A stretch of DNA of 64,000 nt, from positions 192,998 to 256,997 of the forward strand of contig JAJYHZ010000002.1 of NCBI GenBank assembly GCA_021796335.1. Direction: 5' to 3'. Positions 49,176 through 58,434 of this stretch are shown one piece after another. Under the pieces are notes generated by a model, which was given only the letters and a program-made list of their open reading frames with translations, ran no database searches and had not been told where the DNA came from. This DNA comes from a bacterium. Its GTDB lineage: Bacteria > Patescibacteriota > Minisyncoccia > UBA6257 > UBA9933. Made by a program: the position numbers and the translations under genes. Every line of letters begins with the position of its first letter. Position 1 is the first letter of the stretch.

Positions 49176-50627
49176 TTATTGTCTTTGCAGGATGATGTTT
49201 TTAATATCAATCGCGGTTTCTTCTTTTAAAATAATCAGAGAGACAATATAAGCCAGAGCGGAGGAGATTATTATCAGGAGGACATTGATGTTGAGGTTTA
49301 ATAGCCCTTCGATAAAGCCGACCATAACAGCCGAGGCGATAATTGTTTTTGTAAAACTGCTAATAACTCTAAACTGAAGGTGTTTTTTAAGACTGAAGTA
49401 TAGATACAGGGTTATTATGATTGTGTTTATAAGCGAAGCCAAAGCAGATCCGGCAATGCCAAATGGAGGTATGAGCAAAATATCAAAAAACAGATTTCCG
49501 AAAATTCCAAGAGCCGCATAAATAAGCAATTGACGCTCTTTTCTAAGGGCAAATAATTGATTGCCAAGCGCATTGGACATAAAGGTGGGAATAAACATCA
49601 GGCTCATTATCATAAAAGTGATTGTGGCCGGAATATACCGGTATCCGAATAATAAAACGATAATTTTTTGCGATAATAAAATTCCGCCAATTGTTAAGGG
49701 GAGGGCTAAAATTATCATCAGTGCCAAACTTTTTTCAACTATTTTTACCAGCCTTTCTTTTTGGTCGGCTAATTTCGCGGTTTGGGGGAAAAGGGCAACG
49801 GTTATCATGGCAGGCACAATAAAAATAATTTGGGTTATTCTTAATGGCGCGGAGTAGTAGCCTACCTCGGTGATGCTTTTTAACCAAGCAATCATAAGGT
49901 TGTCCGTGTTGAGCATTACTGTTCCCATAACAGCCAGAATTCCCATGGGCCAGCTGGAATAAAGAAGGGTTTTTATTATGCTTTTCGAAAAAGTTTTTTT
50001 GACGTTTTTGAGATAACGGCGGAACGGATAGAATGCGCTTATCATGCCCAGTCCTGTTCCAAGCACATATCCAAGAGAAAGAGCTTTCGGGGTTTTGGAA
50101 TAATAAAGGGCGAGAAAACCGCCGGCGACAATAAAGACATTGGTGATAATTTGAACAACAGCTTCGATCTCCATTTTTTCCCAGGCGCGGGCAAGAGAGG
50201 CGCCAAAATCCCTCAAGCTGTCAAAGGCGACAATTAGAATAACTATCGGCATCAAGTCGGCGACGGCTTTATCTTTAAAGAGAAGAGGAGACAAAACAAT
50301 TACTGAGATGGAGATGAGGGCGAGCATTATCAGTTTTATAACTAAGGCGGTGGAAAAATATTTTTCCTGGATAGAAAGATCCTTGCTGGATTCGCGGACA
50401 ATGGTCGCGTTTAATCCGAAATCGGCGAAGGTTGTGAAAAATCCGGCTAAACTTAAGGCATAAGAAAAAGCGCCGTATCCGTTAACGCTGAGGACGCGAG
50501 CGGCATAAACGATGATGGCCAGCTTGATAAGCTTTGAAAAAATCTGGCCGAAAAACAGCCAAAAGGTATTTTTGGCGACAGTCTGGCGGGCGGTTTTATT
50601 TTTGAATAAGAATTCACGAATATTCAC
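49176..50627 (-). CDS. wzx: Wzx-type polysaccharide flippase (MOP superfamily)
   Basis: 12-14 TM helices, polysacc_synt-like N-terminus; GTG start inferred. Confidence 0.7.
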   Translation of the reverse strand: MNIREFLFKNKTARQTVAKNTFWLFFGQIFSKLIKLAIIVYAARVLSVNGYGAFSYALSLAGFFTTFADFGLNATIVRESSKDLSIQEKYFSTALVIKLIMLALISISVIVLSPLLFKDKAVADLMPIVILIVAFDSLRDFGASLARAWEKMEIEAVVQIITNVFIVAGGFLALYYSKTPKALSLGYVLGTGLGMISAFYPFRRYLKNVKKTFSKSIIKTLLYSSWPMGILAVMGTVMLNTDNLMIAWLKSITEVGYYSAPLRITQIIFIVPAMITVALFPQTAKLADQKERLVKIVEKSLALMIILALPLTIGGILLSQKIIVLLFGYRYIPATITFMIMSLMFIPTFMSNALGNQLFALRKERQLLIYAALGIFGNLFFDILLIPPFGIAGSALASLINTIIITLYLYFSLKKHLQFRVISSFTKTIIASAVMVGFIEGLLNLNINVLLIIISSALAYIVSLIILKEETAIDIKNIILQRQ

Positions 50628-50652
50628 AAATTAAACACAAATTTCACAAATG
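50609..50652. promoter_or_regulatory. heptamer array (cacgaat, cacaaat x3) overlapping wzx start and GxxExxY stop
   Basis: gaattcacgaatattcacaaattaaacacaaatttcacaaatg; ~85% identical to reverse complement of nusA-upstream array. Confidence 0.5.
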
Positions 50653-51045
50653 CTAATTAAGCACTCTTCGAAATTCAAGCTTGTTATGTTTGAAATTAGC
50701 AATAATTCCCAATTTTAATCCTGTAGCTTCTAAATATCGTAGAACTTGCTTTATGTCATTTTGACTTATTTTCCAAATAACTTTTGTTTCCAATAAGATT
50801 TGATTATTTATTATAAAATCAGCAAAAAATTCACCCAACTCTTCATCTTCAAATTTTGTTTTTATCTGAACTTCTTTTTTATCGAGAAGACTATATTTCC
50901 CCAGTTTTATAGCAATGGCTTTTTGATAATGTTTTTCTTGGTATTTATTTCCCAGCTTATTATGCACTTCAAATAGAATTCCCATTAGTTTATAACTTAA
51001 TTCTGGATAAATAAGTTTTTCTTTATTCGTGATATTCGTGATCAT
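50653..51045 (-). CDS. GxxExxY-family protein (predicted PD-(D/E)xK nuclease fold)
   Basis: YPELSYKLMGILFEVHNKLGNKYQEKHYQKAIAIKL carries the GxxExxY signature (GILFEVHNKLGNKY). Confidence 0.7.
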   Translation of the reverse strand: MITNITNKEKLIYPELSYKLMGILFEVHNKLGNKYQEKHYQKAIAIKLGKYSLLDKKEVQIKTKFEDEELGEFFADFIINNQILLETKVIWKISQNDIKQVLRYLEATGLKLGIIANFKHNKLEFRRVLN

Positions 51046-51070
51046 TTGTGTAAATTTGTGCGTAAATTAT
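51024..51070. promoter_or_regulatory. heptamer array (attcgtg x2, atttgtg x2, cgtaaat) overlapping GxxExxY start
   Basis: ttattcgtgatattcgtgatcatttgtgtaaatttgtgcgtaaatt. Confidence 0.5.
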
Positions 51071-52404
51071 TTCTGGTTCACAAAAAATAACTTAAGCGTT
51101 TTTAAAACAATAAGCAAATCCAAAAAAATCGAGCGGTTTTCAATGTAAAATATGTCATATTGGAGTTTTTCGACTGCGTCTTGAACGGAGGCGCCGTAGC
51201 GGTAATTGATTTGCGCCCAGCCGGTGATACCGGGTTTGGTCAAATGGCGGATTTCGTAATAAGGGATTTGATCCTTCAATTCTTTGACGAATTCGGGGCG
51301 TTCGGGACGGGGGCCGACAAAAGAAATATTTCCTTTAAAGACGTTGACTAGTTGCGGCAATTCGTCTAAGTGTGTGTATCTTAGAAATTTTCCGAATTTA
51401 GTTACGCGGTTGTCGCCGGGCTGGGACCATTGAGCGCCGTTTTTCTCGGCATCAAGGCGCATCGTTCTGAATTTATAAAGAGTAAATTCTTTTTCATTTT
51501 TTCCGATGCGGATTTGCTTATAAATCACAGGACCGAGAGAAGTCAGTTTGCCGATTAAAAATATAATAAGAAAAAACGGAGAAAAAATAATCAAGGCAAT
51601 TAAGGCGAAAATTTCATCAAGAATGTTTTTCCCCATGTCATATAGGCCGGTTTTATAAATGAAGTTTTCCAAAAACCAAGCTTCTTCCAACTCGGTTAGC
51701 GGGACCTTTTGGAAAATATTTTCATAGAATTCGGAAAGGTTGAGAACTCGGATTCCCAAGGGGAGATTTTTATAAATTAATTTCGCCAAGCGGATTTTTT
51801 CGGTTAAGTGGGCGGGAATGACAATTAATTTTATATTGTTTTTTAAAATGATTTGAGAAAGATTTTCGGCATTGGTCAGCTCATTTTCATGGATTTTCAA
51901 TTTAATTTGAAAACCGAATTGAGCGTGGATTTTTAAAAATTCGTCGAGTTTTTCCGGCAGATCATTTTTTTGATCAGAGGTGATAATTAAAACATTTTCG
52001 GGCGATTTTGATCTGATATTGAAAAAGTTAAAAAAGTATCGCCAGGCGAATTCCAAAATTCCAAAAACAATTATAAAGATAAGCAAGTTTGTTTTAGGAG
52101 CAATGCCAAAGAAGGGAATCAAATAAAAGAAGGCGATGGCTATAAAGATATTAATCAAAAGAGAAATGGCGAATTTTTTGAAAAAATTAAGATTATTGCG
52201 CAGAGTTTTGCTTTCGTAAAGGTCGTTGATATAAAAGACAATCAGCCAGATGATGAAAATAAGAGAAAAAGGCAGGATGTGAAGAGAAATCTTGCTCGCG
52301 AATTGTTGCGGACCATAACGCAAATCAAGGGTCAGAAGCAGAGATCCGTATAAAATAATAATATCGCTTATTAAAAGAAGAAATTGTTTAAATTTGGAAA
52401 GCAT
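51067..52404 (-). CDS. undecaprenyl-phosphate sugar phosphotransferase (WbaP/WcaJ-like bacterial sugar transferase)
   Basis: N-terminal TM bundle, C-terminal IRIGKNEKEFTLYKFRTM...GPRPERPEF catalytic domain. Confidence 0.8.
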   Translation of the reverse strand: MLSKFKQFLLLISDIIILYGSLLLTLDLRYGPQQFASKISLHILPFSLIFIIWLIVFYINDLYESKTLRNNLNFFKKFAISLLINIFIAIAFFYLIPFFGIAPKTNLLIFIIVFGILEFAWRYFFNFFNIRSKSPENVLIITSDQKNDLPEKLDEFLKIHAQFGFQIKLKIHENELTNAENLSQIILKNNIKLIVIPAHLTEKIRLAKLIYKNLPLGIRVLNLSEFYENIFQKVPLTELEEAWFLENFIYKTGLYDMGKNILDEIFALIALIIFSPFFLIIFLIGKLTSLGPVIYKQIRIGKNEKEFTLYKFRTMRLDAEKNGAQWSQPGDNRVTKFGKFLRYTHLDELPQLVNVFKGNISFVGPRPERPEFVKELKDQIPYYEIRHLTKPGITGWAQINYRYGASVQDAVEKLQYDIFYIENRSIFLDLLIVLKTLKLFFVNQK

Positions 52405-52454
52405 TAATTCTTAAATCGTTCTAATTAGTTTAATTTTGATTATGAGCTTTTTCC

Positions 52455-52545
52455 CCGTCGATTGGCGGATCAGGATGACGCAGAGGGGACTCAGGATAGC
52501 ACCCTTTTCGCTTTATTCAGGACGATATGGCAGACGATAGACGGT
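52455..52545. repeat. MITE-like repeat fragments copy 4 (ggcggatcaggatgacg, actcaggatagc, attcaggacgat)
   Basis: same core as copies 1-3; with copy 3 brackets the minus-strand wzx-GxxExxY-wbaP block. Confidence 0.55.
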
Positions 52546-52755
52546 TTTTGAAATTGCTTTTGTTGACTATAGTTTCGGGGTGAATTATTATTTTAAAAAG
52601 CCGAAAATATATTTAAATTCTAATCTTTTTTTAACAAATTATGAAGGTTTCTCCCGGGCAAGATTCAGGGATAGACCTTTGTTGCGGTATTGCTCGTCCA
52701 AAATGAAAAAATCTTATTTTTTCATTTTGTTCCCTGCTTGTCCGCATTAAACAAA

Positions 52756-53577
52756 ATGGACAATAAAAATTCTAACAAATGGGCAATACCGGCAGCTATA
52801 ATTTTTGCAGCTCTTCTTATCGGAGGCGCATTAATTTATTCAACCGGGAAGAAAAGCATTGATTCCCAGCAAGGAAATGGCGCCAACCAACAGCAAAATC
52901 AGCAGGCAAATCAACCGGGAAATGCAAACCAGCAGCAAACAAATTCGGGCCAGGCCTCGGGTCCTTCCATAGACAGCAGCGATGTTGTTTTGGGAAATGC
53001 AAATGCTCCGCTGACAATTATCGAATTCGGGGATTTCCAATGCCCGTTTTGCACGAAGTTTTCTCAGGAAATCGAGCCTCAATTAAGGACTAATTATATA
53101 GATACGGGCAAGGCGAAAATGGTTTACAAGCCGCTGGCGTTTTTGGATTCCCAATCGCAATATAAAGAATCGCAAAATGCCGTAGCTGCGGTGGAATGCG
53201 CCAAAGAGCAAGGCAAGTTTTGGGATTTTCATGACGCGATTTTCAAATTCGAATACGGAGAATTGCAAAAGGAAATGGCCGGCCAGCTTCAAACTACGGA
53301 AAATATCGGAGTTTTGAACAGGGCTTTATTCCAGAGAATCGCGGGTGATCTTAAAATGGATACAAATAAGTTTTTGTCTTGCTATGATTCGGGGAAATAT
53401 GCCAACGCCTACCAAACTTACATGCAAGAGGGAGAGGCGGCTATGCCACAGGGAATCGGCACTCCCGCAGTTTTCGTAAACGGGCAAAAGGCGGAACTTC
53501 AGATTAATTCTTCGGGACAATTTGATTTCAACGCTTTTTCCCGGGTTCTGGATGGAATGCTGGGGAATGGCAAATAG
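52756..53577 (+). CDS. DsbA-family thiol:disulfide oxidoreductase, membrane-anchored, with Q/N-rich linker
   Basis: FGDFQCPFC thioredoxin-fold CxxC; start chosen at MDNKNSNKW preceding TM helix. Confidence 0.7.
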   Translation: MDNKNSNKWAIPAAIIFAALLIGGALIYSTGKKSIDSQQGNGANQQQNQQANQPGNANQQQTNSGQASGPSIDSSDVVLGNANAPLTIIEFGDFQCPFCTKFSQEIEPQLRTNYIDTGKAKMVYKPLAFLDSQSQYKESQNAVAAVECAKEQGKFWDFHDAIFKFEYGELQKEMAGQLQTTENIGVLNRALFQRIAGDLKMDTNKFLSCYDSGKYANAYQTYMQEGEAAMPQGIGTPAVFVNGQKAELQINSSGQFDFNAFSRVLDGMLGNGK

Positions 53578-53679
53578 CGGATAGCTAATGGCGAATAGCC
53601 ACAGCTAAACAGAAAGGATTATTAACAGATGTGGTAAAATCCAAAGAAAGGTCGTTAGATCAGAATAGCAGAAAGTTAT

Positions 53680-53919
53680 ATGGCCAAAGTTACAATTTAT
53701 TCAACTCCAACTTGTCCTTATTGCGAAATGACAAAGGAGTATTTGAAAAAGAACAATATTGAGTTTGAAAATAAAGATGTCAGCGAGGATGAAAATTCCG
53801 CACGGGAAATGGTTGAAAAATCCCACCAATTGGGAGTTCCGGTCATAGATATTGACGGAGCAATAATCGTCGGCTTTAACCGGCCCGAAATAGATAAGGC
53901 ATTGGGGTTGCAAAAATAA
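53680..53919 (+). CDS. glutaredoxin-like protein (NrdH/YruB-like)
   Basis: VTIYSTPTCPYCEMTKEYL CPYC active site, 79 aa. Confidence 0.7.
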   Translation: MAKVTIYSTPTCPYCEMTKEYLKKNNIEFENKDVSEDENSAREMVEKSHQLGVPVIDIDGAIIVGFNRPEIDKALGLQK

Positions 53920-53981
53920 CTACAGCCTACAGGCCACAGGCTGCACACTAATCGTTGTAGTCCGTAGCCTGTAGTCGGTCT

Positions 53982-54935
53982 ATGCAAAAATACGATTTGA
54001 TAATTTTAGGCGGAGGTCCGGCCGGAGTGGCTGCCGGAATTTATGCCGCGCGAAAAAAAATAAATGCTCTGCTTTTGACAAAAAGCGTCGGAGGCCAGTC
54101 AATCGTATCAGCTAAAATAGAAAATGTTATCGGCTTGAATTCCCTTTCAGGCGAGGAGCTTTCAAATATTTTCGAGAATCAGCTGAAATCTTATCCGAAC
54201 TTGGAATTGGAAACGGGAATTTCCGTTGAATCCATAAAAAAAATCGAGGATGTATTTGAAATAAAGGATTCAAGCGGGAATTCCTATCAGGCAAATTATG
54301 TTTTGAACGCGATGGGCAGCGGATACCGGAAGCTTGGCGTGCCCGGCGAAAAAGAATTCGGAGGCGAGGGAGTTTTTTATTGCTCAACCTGCGATGCGCC
54401 TTTGATGAAAAATAAAATAGCGGCGGTAATCGGCGGAGGAAACAGCGGGTTTAACGCGGTTATCGATTTACTGCCGTATGCGTCGGAAATTTATCTTCTG
54501 GAAGCAGCCGGCCAATTGAGAGGAGATCCGATTTTACAGGATAAAATAAAAAACGAAAGAGTAAGGGTTATTTTAAACGCCAAAGTTTTGGAAATTTCCG
54601 GAAGCGGGTTAGTAAACGGCTTAAAATATTTGGATTTGGCCGCAAACGAAGAAAAATTCCTGAATCTTTCCGGTATTTTTGTGGAAATCGGATATGAGCC
54701 GAATACCGAATTGGTAAACGGAATGGTGAATTTGAATGAAAAGAGACAAATTATTGTCGATCACAAAACAATGAGAACGTCTATTGACGGAATGTGGGCA
54801 GCCGGAGACATAACCGACGGTTTGTATAATCAAATAAACACTGCTATTGGAGACGGCATAAAAGCGATTTTAAACATCTACGACACTATTAAATCCCGCA
54901 GCGAAAAAGATAAAATTTTGGAGCCAATAAATTAA
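53982..54935 (+). CDS. trxB: thioredoxin-disulfide reductase
   Basis: FAD motif YDLIILGGGPAGVAAGIYAAR, redox CSTCD, NADPH motif VIGGGNSG, C-terminal GDITDG. Confidence 0.8.
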   Translation: MQKYDLIILGGGPAGVAAGIYAARKKINALLLTKSVGGQSIVSAKIENVIGLNSLSGEELSNIFENQLKSYPNLELETGISVESIKKIEDVFEIKDSSGNSYQANYVLNAMGSGYRKLGVPGEKEFGGEGVFYCSTCDAPLMKNKIAAVIGGGNSGFNAVIDLLPYASEIYLLEAAGQLRGDPILQDKIKNERVRVILNAKVLEISGSGLVNGLKYLDLAANEEKFLNLSGIFVEIGYEPNTELVNGMVNLNEKRQIIVDHKTMRTSIDGMWAAGDITDGLYNQINTAIGDGIKAILNIYDTIKSRSEKDKILEPIN

Positions 54936-55283
54936 TTTTATATACTTGCCTCTGTTAGTAAGCGAAACTACGGGCGCAAGTTCGCGGATATCCGGCATAT
55001 TTCATAATGCTTCCATATGTGTAAGCATTATGAATAAGCGAAGTTCGTAATTAATATAATAATATAAGCATTCTGCTTAGCGGAATATTTATCCGAAAAC
55101 CAAATGCCATAGCCGTGAGGCTGCAATGATTGTTCTTTCTTTTTTGCACGGATATATTCTGACAAAGACGGAATTTTGCCGCAGGGCTTGAATTCTTCCT
55201 TTTTATTTATTACACTTTTCTTATTGTTTAGCCCTGAATGGGCCTTTTTGGTCAAAGGCCGATCGGGCTTAACTTTTTTATAT

Positions 55284-56081
55284 ATGGCAGAAGAAGCACA
55301 AAAATTAAATGCGGATTTGGATGAGATAGTCCAGGAGGAAAGCTTTGATGAAAGCGAAATTAAGCTTTTGCGGGAAATGGCGGAAAAGGGAATAATGTAC
55401 GGACATAAGAAAAACAGGACTAATCCGAAATTCAAGCCTTATATTTTTGCCACCAGAAACGGATTAGAAATAATAGATCTGGGGAAAACAGTTAAAGGAT
55501 TGGAAACGGCGATTGAATTTTTAAAAAAGCAGCTGAGCGAGAATAAGACAGTTCTTTTAATCGGGATGCAGCCGGCGAGCTGGGAATCCATGGGCGAATT
55601 GGCGAAGAAATATAATTTTTCAATGGCAAAGAACGGCTGGATCGGCGGTTTACTGACAAACTTTAAGAATGTTTCGCAGAGAATCGAGTATTTCAAAAAA
55701 CTGCGAGACGGCATGGCAAAGGGAGAATTTGAAAAATATACCAAAAAGGAAAGAGTGATGATCAGCAAGAATATCGAAAAAATGAAACTGATGTTCGAGG
55801 GATTGGAAAATCTGGTCAAGATCCCCGATGTTGTTTTCGTAATTGACACCGCATTAAAGAGCCATGTTACCGCCATTAAGGAAGCAAAATTGTTAAATAT
55901 ACCCGTTATAGCGGTAATGGACAGCGATGACGATCCGGAACGGGCCAAGTACGTTATTCCCGCCAACGATCATTCAAAATTAAGCATTGATTGGATCATG
56001 GAGAAAATCGGCCAAGAATTGTCTTCTGTTAAAATAAGCGAAAACATCAACAAACCGCAATCTACAGACAGCGGCAAATAA
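55284..56081 (+). CDS. rpsB: 30S ribosomal protein S2
   Basis: MYGHKKNRTNPKFKPYIF and PDVVFVIDT conserved S2 motifs; start moved to MAEEAQ inside longer track ORF. Confidence 0.85.
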   Translation: MAEEAQKLNADLDEIVQEESFDESEIKLLREMAEKGIMYGHKKNRTNPKFKPYIFATRNGLEIIDLGKTVKGLETAIEFLKKQLSENKTVLLIGMQPASWESMGELAKKYNFSMAKNGWIGGLLTNFKNVSQRIEYFKKLRDGMAKGEFEKYTKKERVMISKNIEKMKLMFEGLENLVKIPDVVFVIDTALKSHVTAIKEAKLLNIPVIAVMDSDDDPERAKYVIPANDHSKLSIDWIMEKIGQELSSVKISENINKPQSTDSGK

Positions 56082-56123
56082 AATTCGCAAATTTATTTGT
56101 GTTGCCGTCAGATTTTTATTTTT

Positions 56124-56570
56124 ATGGCAAATGCAACCGACATTCAAAAATTACGAGAAGTTACCGGCGCCGGAGTCATGGAATGTAAAAAAGCGCTGGA
56201 CGAAGCAGGCGGTGATTTCGAAAAGGCAAAAGCAATTATTTACGAAAGAGGATTAGCCAAGGCGGAAAAACGCGGGGGAAGGGCGACCGGAGCCGGAGTT
56301 CTGGAAACTTATATCCACAACGAAAGGGTCGGAGTTTTGCTGGAGTTGCGCTGTGAAACCGATTTCGTGGCAAGGACGGAAATGTTCCGCGAGTTGGCTC
56401 ATGATCTGGTAATGCACATCGTCGCAATGAATCCGGAGAATGTCGAGGAATTATCGAAGCAAAATTTCGTTAAGGACGAATCAAAGACTGTCGATGATCT
56501 GGTGAAAACCGCAATTGCCAAATCCGGAGAAAATATAAGAGTGGAAAAATTCTGCAGGTATGAACTCTAG
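56124..56570 (+). CDS. tsf: elongation factor Ts (short form)
   Basis: [32 protein letters not shown]-like N-terminus and [16 protein letters not shown]; start at MANATD. Confidence 0.8.
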   Translation: MANATDIQKLREVTGAGVMECKKALDEAGGDFEKAKAIIYERGLAKAEKRGGRATGAGVLETYIHNERVGVLLELRCETDFVARTEMFRELAHDLVMHIVAMNPENVEELSKQNFVKDESKTVDDLVKTAIAKSGENIRVEKFCRYEL

Positions 56571-56600
56571 CCAATAGCTATTTACAACCGGCTTAATTCA

Positions 56601-57011
56601 ATGTATAGCTTCATCCTTCAAATTTTAATAATGGGCTCTTTGGGGGCAATGATATATTTAATTGCCCGGAAAATCCCTTTAATCAGCGACAGGGCCGAAG
56701 AAAACGGTTTAATGCATCCGAAAGGATTTTTCGGCAAGGTGGAATTTATGATTGAGTCGTTGCCGCTTGAAAAAATGGATTTTGCATTCAGCCGATTTTT
56801 TGAGAAAAAATTAAGGCAGTTGCGGATCGGTTTGATGAAGATGGATAATTATTTGGTTAAGCATTTGGAGACTTTTAAAAATATTAAAAACGCGCGGCAT
56901 TCTCTTAATGTCAGAAGGGCAAGATTCGAGAAACTATATGAGAGTCAGCTGGAGAATAACGGAGGAGCGGGAAAAAAAGAAGCTGATGCAACATCTAAAG
57001 AAATCGAGTAA
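56601..57011 (+). CDS. hypothetical protein with N-terminal TM helix
   Basis: 136-aa ORF, no family recognised. Confidence 0.35.
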   Translation: MYSFILQILIMGSLGAMIYLIARKIPLISDRAEENGLMHPKGFFGKVEFMIESLPLEKMDFAFSRFFEKKLRQLRIGLMKMDNYLVKHLETFKNIKNARHSLNVRRARFEKLYESQLENNGGAGKKEADATSKEIE

Positions 57012-57022
57012 GATTCTTGAAA

Positions 57023-57109
57023 TGCGCAGGTGGCAGAGCGGTCAATTGCATCAGACTGTAAATCTGACGCCTTTATGGCTACGGGGGTTCGAATCCCTCC
57101 CTGCGCACC
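57023..57109 (+). tRNA. tRNA-Tyr (anticodon GTA), CCA encoded
   Basis: acceptor gcgcagg/cctgcgc, anticodon stem tcaga/tctga loop ctGTAaa, long variable arm, T arm gggggttcgaatccctc. Confidence 0.85.
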
Positions 57110-57120
57110 AGTAAGGAGAT

Positions 57121-57191
57121 TGCCTCCTTAGCTTAGTGGCAAAGCAATGCTTTTGTAAAGCAAGGACGGGGGTTCGATTCCTCCAGGAGGC
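57121..57191 (+). tRNA. tRNA-Thr (anticodon TGT)
   Basis: acceptor gcctcct/aggaggc, D stem gctt/aagc, anticodon loop ttTGTaa, T arm gggggttcgattcctcc; one A-A mismatch in anticodon stem lowers confidence in isotype. Confidence 0.6.
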
Positions 57192-57251
57192 TCACTAAAT
57201 AATAGTCAGTATCTTTCCTATTATTTAGTAGTTAGTTTAAAAATAAGCAAA

Positions 57252-57324
57252 TGCCAATGTAGCTCAGCTGGTAGAGCAACTCCATGGTAAGGAGTAGGTC
57301 GCCGGTTCGACTCCGGCCATTGGC
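57252..57324 (+). tRNA. tRNA-Thr (anticodon GGT)
   Basis: acceptor gccaatg/cattggc, anticodon stem actcc/ggagt loop atGGTaa, T arm gccggttcgactccggc. Confidence 0.85.
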
Positions 57325-57426
57325 TCACAAAGCAGAGTATAGGATATAGGATTTAGGATTGACGTATATATCTTTTTGCTGTAAATTGATTTAGGCTAAA
57401 TTCTACATCCTGAATTCTATTTAAAT

Positions 57427-57597
57427 ATGGCAAAATCAAAATTAAAAGAACAATTAACCAGGCTTCGTTGCTCCAAATGCAAGCATGTAAACTATCATAC
57501 TCGCAAAAACAAGAAGACAGTGGACAGAAAGCTGGAATTCAAAAAATATTGCAAATGGTGTAAAGCCACCACTGTGCACAAAGAGGCTAGAAGATAG
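57427..57597 (+). CDS. rpmG: 50S ribosomal protein L33 (56 aa; absent from ORF track because <60 aa)
   Basis: MAKSKLKEQLTRLRCSKCKHVNYHTRKNKKTVDRKLEFKKYCKWCKATTVHKEARR: Cys4 zinc-ribbon and KKYC..C..HT..KE pattern of L33. Confidence 0.8.
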   Translation: MAKSKLKEQLTRLRCSKCKHVNYHTRKNKKTVDRKLEFKKYCKWCKATTVHKEARR

Positions 57598-57603
57598 TCT
57601 CTT

Positions 57604-58434
57604 TTGTATTTTTGGATTATGGAAAAGAAAAATTTTCCTATAACTGAATCAATCCCGCTGAAAGAAAATAAAGAAAAAGAATTGGTTGAATTTATAAAGG
57701 CAATTTCCGAGCAGTTGCGAAATGAGGGCATTCCGGTTAAAGATGACGGCCGAATTGATATGGATGCTTTTGAGGGAGAGTTATCTTCAAAAAACGATAT
57801 TGAAGCGGATAAAAAAGTAGTGGAAGAATATGAAAAAGAATGGCATAAAGATTTGAGCCAAGAAGAAATCGAAAAATCAAAAACAAAACGAGACGGGCCG
57901 AAACTGGAGATGTTTAAGACGGCCTTATTTAATAAATTTTTAAATAAGGATTTTATTGTGGCCAGGTCATCCGAATTTGATGATATAAAGCGCGGGATTG
58001 ATAATGTTATTTTGGAGAGATCGACCGGCAATTTAGTTTGCGCTTTGGATGAAGTGGCGGATGAATCGGGAGACAGGTTCTTAAATAAAAAAGATTCGGT
58101 TTTAGAAAAAAATAAAGAATATAATGGGAATAAATTAAGGTATGCCCTCAGTGTCCGGAATGGAAAAGTTGTGAAAATAAAAGAAGTGCAATCGCCGGTT
58201 TTTTATTTGGCGTTATCAAAGAAAACATTAGATGAGGGAATTCAGGGATTTATTCCGTCTTTAGAGGAAAAATCGGAAAAAGAGATTGATATTTTCAATC
58301 ATTTTATTAGTTCTATTTATAATCAATATACAACTTTAAAATTGAGGGGAGATTTGCAGCCGGTTTTTAAGAAAAAGTTGGAATATTTGCGAGATACAAT
58401 CGGGAAATTGGCAGAGAAAATGCAAATAAATTAA
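57604..58434 (+). CDS. hypothetical acidic/K-rich protein (start possibly at 57619 MEKKNF)
   Basis: 276-aa ORF between rpmG and tRNA-Trp where secE-nusG would be expected; no family recognised. Confidence 0.4.
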   Translation: MYFWIMEKKNFPITESIPLKENKEKELVEFIKAISEQLRNEGIPVKDDGRIDMDAFEGELSSKNDIEADKKVVEEYEKEWHKDLSQEEIEKSKTKRDGPKLEMFKTALFNKFLNKDFIVARSSEFDDIKRGIDNVILERSTGNLVCALDEVADESGDRFLNKKDSVLEKNKEYNGNKLRYALSVRNGKVVKIKEVQSPVFYLALSKKTLDEGIQGFIPSLEEKSEKEIDIFNHFISSIYNQYTTLKLRGDLQPVFKKKLEYLRDTIGKLAEKMQIN

